From Legionellales bacterium (GTDB taxonomy: Bacteria; Pseudomonadota; Gammaproteobacteria; UBA1113): DNA of 32,443 nucleotides. The notes below the pieces were generated by a model, which made no database searches, was not told where the DNA came from, and saw nothing but the letters and a program-made list of their open reading frames with translations. This document shows, piece by piece, positions 29,364-32,443 of the stretch. The stretch is taken from NCBI GenBank assembly GCA_013043985.1, contig JABEVJ010000324.1:1-32443 (forward strand), written 5' to 3'. The translations under genes and the position numbers were made by a program. Positions within the stretch are counted from its first letter, which is position 1, and each line of letters begins with the position of its first letter.

Positions 29364-30653
29364 TTATATTTTTTCCTCTTCAGCCACTAATTCCACCTGT
29401 TCGATTTTATTAAATCGACTACTTATTTTGGTGGCAGAGGTTCTTACTTCAGCAACATCATTATTGGCTTGTTCAATATGTTTAGCTAGCGCATCCATTC
29501 TTTTTTCAAAGCGGCCAAAATCAACTGCCAGCGCTTGTAAATGATTTTGAATAATATGTACCTGTTTACGAGTCGCCGCATCTTTCAATACCGCACGAGC
29601 CGTGGTCAAAATAGCCATGATAGTTGTGGGTGAAGCCAACCAAACGCGGGCTTTTTGAGCAAAGCTGATTAAATCAGGATAATGCCCATGAATTTCAGCA
29701 AAAATGGCTTCGGCAGGAATAAACATCACCGCACCATCCGCTGTTTCTCCTTCAATAATGTATTTGTCGGCAATGTCTTGAATATGCTTGCGGATATCGA
29801 TACGAAACCGTTGTTCAGCAGCTTTTCTATCCGCTTCGGATAATCCAGGCTGAAGCATCGTTTGAAAGTTTTCAAGCGGAAATTTGGCATCAATGGCAAT
29901 ATTTCCCGTAGGTGCTGGCAAAAACAACATGCAATCTACTCGCTTGCCATTGGAAAGCGTGTGTTGTAGTGCAAAATGATTTTCTGGTAAGGTATTATGC
30001 AAAAGTGCACTAAGCTGAACTTCACCAAAGGCACCCCGCGCACGCTTGTCGGTCAGTAATTCCTGTAAATTAATGACGCTTGATGAGAGTTCGGTAATTT
30101 TTTTCTGAGCCGCGTCGATTACAGCCAATCTTTCGACAATCCGGGTAAAGGTTTCTGTGGTTTTTTCGAAACCATCACTTAAACGTTTTTCAACCTGCTG
30201 ACTGATACTTTGAAGTTGTTTTTGAATATCCTGTGTAATACCATGCATACGTTCATTCAAACTGCGGGTATGATGACTGACATTTTCAATCAATTGCTGT
30301 TGCAGTGAGGAAGCCGTTTTTTGTAATCCTTCCTGCATGACAGACAGGCTTTTTAATTGTTGTTGGCTGATTTGCTCGCGGGAATGAGTATTTTCACCAA
30401 TAATGATTTCTTTAAATTGCTGAAATGAACTTTCTATGGCAAATTGCCTGGTGAGTTGCTGCTTTTCCTGTTCGGTATGTTGTTGCTGCAATTGTTGCTG
30501 TAAGCTTTGTATTTGCTGCTGATATTGAGTGAGCAAGATTTCCTGTGGACGCAGACGATGAATAAGCGCAGAAAACTTGTACACAATTAACAGCGCTAAT
30601 GCGATAATGGCAACCAGAGTGGCGATCGAATAAGTGAGTTGGGAAAGGATCAT
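29364..30653 (-). CDS. rmuC: DNA recombination protein RmuC
   Basis: N-terminal TM helix, Gln-rich coiled coil, RGAFGEVQL, IDAKFP, KYI, AVMFIPAE and SPTT. The ATG at 30653 is preferred over the TTG at 30668. Confidence 0.93.
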   Translation of the reverse strand: MILSQLTYSIATLVAIIALALLIVYKFSALIHRLRPQEILLTQYQQQIQSLQQQLQQQHTEQEKQQLTRQFAIESSFQQFKEIIIGENTHSREQISQQQLKSLSVMQEGLQKTASSLQQQLIENVSHHTRSLNERMHGITQDIQKQLQSISQQVEKRLSDGFEKTTETFTRIVERLAVIDAAQKKITELSSSVINLQELLTDKRARGAFGEVQLSALLHNTLPENHFALQHTLSNGKRVDCMLFLPAPTGNIAIDAKFPLENFQTMLQPGLSEADRKAAEQRFRIDIRKHIQDIADKYIIEGETADGAVMFIPAEAIFAEIHGHYPDLISFAQKARVWLASPTTIMAILTTARAVLKDAATRKQVHIIQNHLQALAVDFGRFEKRMDALAKHIEQANNDVAEVRTSATKISSRFNKIEQVELVAEEEKI

Positions 30654-30711
30654 CTTTTTTTCCTGCAAAAATCATTCCGGGAGTATAACGCAAAATGAGT
30701 ATTAATGAACC

Positions 30712-31374
30712 ATGTTAACACAAGAGCAGCGATATATATTGCAGGAAATGGGTATTCCCATTTGGGAAGAGCGTAAATCAGTTGAAAAAAATGAGACAGA
30801 TTTACCAGGGGTAAGCAGTGACGATTGGGATAGTTTAAAAAAAGAAGCTATGTCCTGTGTCAAATGTCCCTTGTCGCAAACACGTCAGCATGTCGTGTTT
30901 GGTGTGGGTAACCCTCAAGCCGAGTTATTGATTATTGGAGAAGCACCAGGAGCAAATGAAGATCGTGTAGGTGAACCGTTTGTCGGGAGAGCAGGGCAAT
31001 TACTCGATGCTATGTTGGCATCGATTGATCTTAAACGGCAAGATATTTATATCGCCAATATTTTAAAATGCCGCCCACCGAATAACCGTGATCCCACTCC
31101 AGCGGAAGTCGCTGCCTGTACACCCTATCTTGAGCGACAAATTGCCCATATTAAACCAAAACTGATTTTAGCATTGGGTCGGATAGCTGCGCATTATCTG
31201 TTGGGGGTCGACACACCGCTTGGCAAATTGAGAGGGCAGGTTTTGCAATATGGTGAATCCAAAACTGATTTGATTGTGACATATCATCCAGCTTATTTGC
31301 TGCGAACGCCTAAGGAGAAGGGGAAAGCTTATCGGGATATGTTGACGGTTAAGCGGAAGTTGAGTGAGGTATAA
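30712..31374 (+). CDS. Uracil-DNA glycosylase, family 4 (4Fe-4S)
   Basis: Motifs CVKC, GEAPG..ED..G.PFVG.AG, NILKCRPPNNR, C..YL and HPAYLLR. Confidence 0.95.
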   Translation: MLTQEQRYILQEMGIPIWEERKSVEKNETDLPGVSSDDWDSLKKEAMSCVKCPLSQTRQHVVFGVGNPQAELLIIGEAPGANEDRVGEPFVGRAGQLLDAMLASIDLKRQDIYIANILKCRPPNNRDPTPAEVAACTPYLERQIAHIKPKLILALGRIAAHYLLGVDTPLGKLRGQVLQYGESKTDLIVTYHPAYLLRTPKEKGKAYRDMLTVKRKLSEV

Positions 31375-31379
31375 TTTTA

Positions 31380-31573
31380 TTAAACCAACAACAAAGGAGT
31401 TGAATATTGGCTAAAAATTTTATCGTGCGTAATCAAGGTGAGCTCTTCACAAATTGATTTTCACTCTCGAAAGCATCAAGAATTTCTTTTGGTAATGTAT
31501 CAAAATCGTCAGCAATTTTAATCCGACCTTTCCAGTAGCCTGGGCGTCTTGGTTCTGCAACTTCAAGAAATGG
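31380..31573 (-). pseudogene. Doubly truncated vapBC remnant (Phd/YefM-type antitoxin 3' half plus VapC 3' end)
   Basis: Minus strand 31573-31433 reads PFLEVAEPRRPGYWKGRIKIADDFDTLPKEILDAFE..., an antitoxin C-terminal motif with no start codon. Minus strand 31457-31380 reads SICEELTLITHDKIFSQYSTPLLLV*, a PIN C-terminal L-[IV]-T-x-D motif. Confidence 0.75.
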
Positions 31574-31597
31574 AGATCGTCAATTTATGTTTGTACC

Positions 31598-32260
31598 TTA
31601 ATCCCTAAAAGTAAAACGGGTTTGTATTACTGTGCCAATGATCTTGCTCGTACCATCAAACTTATCAATGCTGCCATTTTGGTTAATTGGCATTAATAAT
31701 TTATTGGGTCCATCGATAGTCAGTTCACGTAACGCAGCTTCAGTAGCATTAGCAAATTTTACTATGACAAGATCACCATCTATAGGTTTGATTTCAGGAT
31801 TGACAATGAGAATAGTTCCCCGAGGAAATCGAGGTTCCATGGAGGGTTTGCTAGGCAAACCGTAGATAGCTGTATTATTTACTTGATCAATGACAATCCA
31901 CTGCTCCCAGTTGTTGACAGTAAGATGAGCAATGGGGTTTGGTGATTTAATACAGTCTTCCCATGATATCACAGGGAGCGAGTGTCCTTGAGGTATTGGT
32001 TTATGGCGTTCAAGTATGTTGTTTGAATAGAGATCACCTAAGTCGACATCGAAATAATCAGCCAAGGTTTTCAAAGTAGAAATTCGCGGGTCAGTGGTTT
32101 TACCAGAAAAAATTTTATGTATGGTAGAAGTAGGAATATTGGTTTGTCGTGATAATTCAGCTTCGTTTATACCAGCTCGATGAAGCAGTTGTTGCAGATT
32201 ATTGAAAAGATGATCTTCTTCATTAATTTGTTCTGGAAGAAGCTTTTTTATGATATTCAT
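31598..32260 (-). CDS. XRE-family regulator with a C-terminal S24 (LexA/CI-like) domain
   Basis: HTH segment NL..LL...GINEAELSRQTNIP.STIHKI.SG...DPRISTL..LA.YF; C-terminal LPVISW, SMEPRFP.G.ILIVNP, DGD.VIV and IIGTV. Confidence 0.88.
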   Translation of the reverse strand: MNIIKKLLPEQINEEDHLFNNLQQLLHRAGINEAELSRQTNIPTSTIHKIFSGKTTDPRISTLKTLADYFDVDLGDLYSNNILERHKPIPQGHSLPVISWEDCIKSPNPIAHLTVNNWEQWIVIDQVNNTAIYGLPSKPSMEPRFPRGTILIVNPEIKPIDGDLVIVKFANATEAALRELTIDGPNKLLMPINQNGSIDKFDGTSKIIGTVIQTRFTFRD

Positions 32261-32443
32261 ACATTTTGTTTTCAGCAGTTATTAGAACCAAAAGATTATG
32301 GCATACCAGGAAAGTTATTACAAGGCATTTATGATCTCCTTTAATGTATTAATTTCTACAATAGAAAAACAATGCTTAATTTGATAATCAATGGTTCGAA
32401 TTTGAAAAATAACTATAACCTATTGTTTTATATTATATAATTC

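Overview
This is a mostly housekeeping window from a gammaproteobacterium; protein style and repeat types suggest Legionellales/Coxiellaceae, which is an inference. In order it holds an OPT-family transporter, the full atpIBEFHAGDC operon and glmU, then a 2.7-kb accessory patch, then aroK and pilMNOPQ (minus strand) divergent from mrcA (PBP1A). After that come ahcY, rsmE, a low-complexity lipoprotein, prpD, an aldo-keto-reductase fusion protein, rmuC, a family-4 uracil-DNA glycosylase and an XRE/S24 regulator. The accessory patch (10.9-13.6 kb) sits where glmS and aroB would normally follow glmU and aroK. It contains an AT-rich, translationally coupled three-gene cassette: TIGR04255 protein, a 99-aa protein with an acidic tail, and a 200-aa divergent MazF/PemK-like protein with an S-C-D motif. 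The cassette lies between two degenerate 50-bp direct repeats and next to an intact mazEF pair. It is the best candidate for an undescribed tripartite toxin-antitoxin or defence system. Reading outside the ORF track also shows three decayed TA loci (antitoxin plus mazF stub, hipA stub plus intact HTH, vapBC stubs) and several palindromic repeat families, including a 144-bp RPE-1-like element that supplies the aroK RBS. The AKR fusion protein carries a C-terminal ubiquitin-like domain and looks like a secreted effector. Family assignments come from motif recognition, not database searches.
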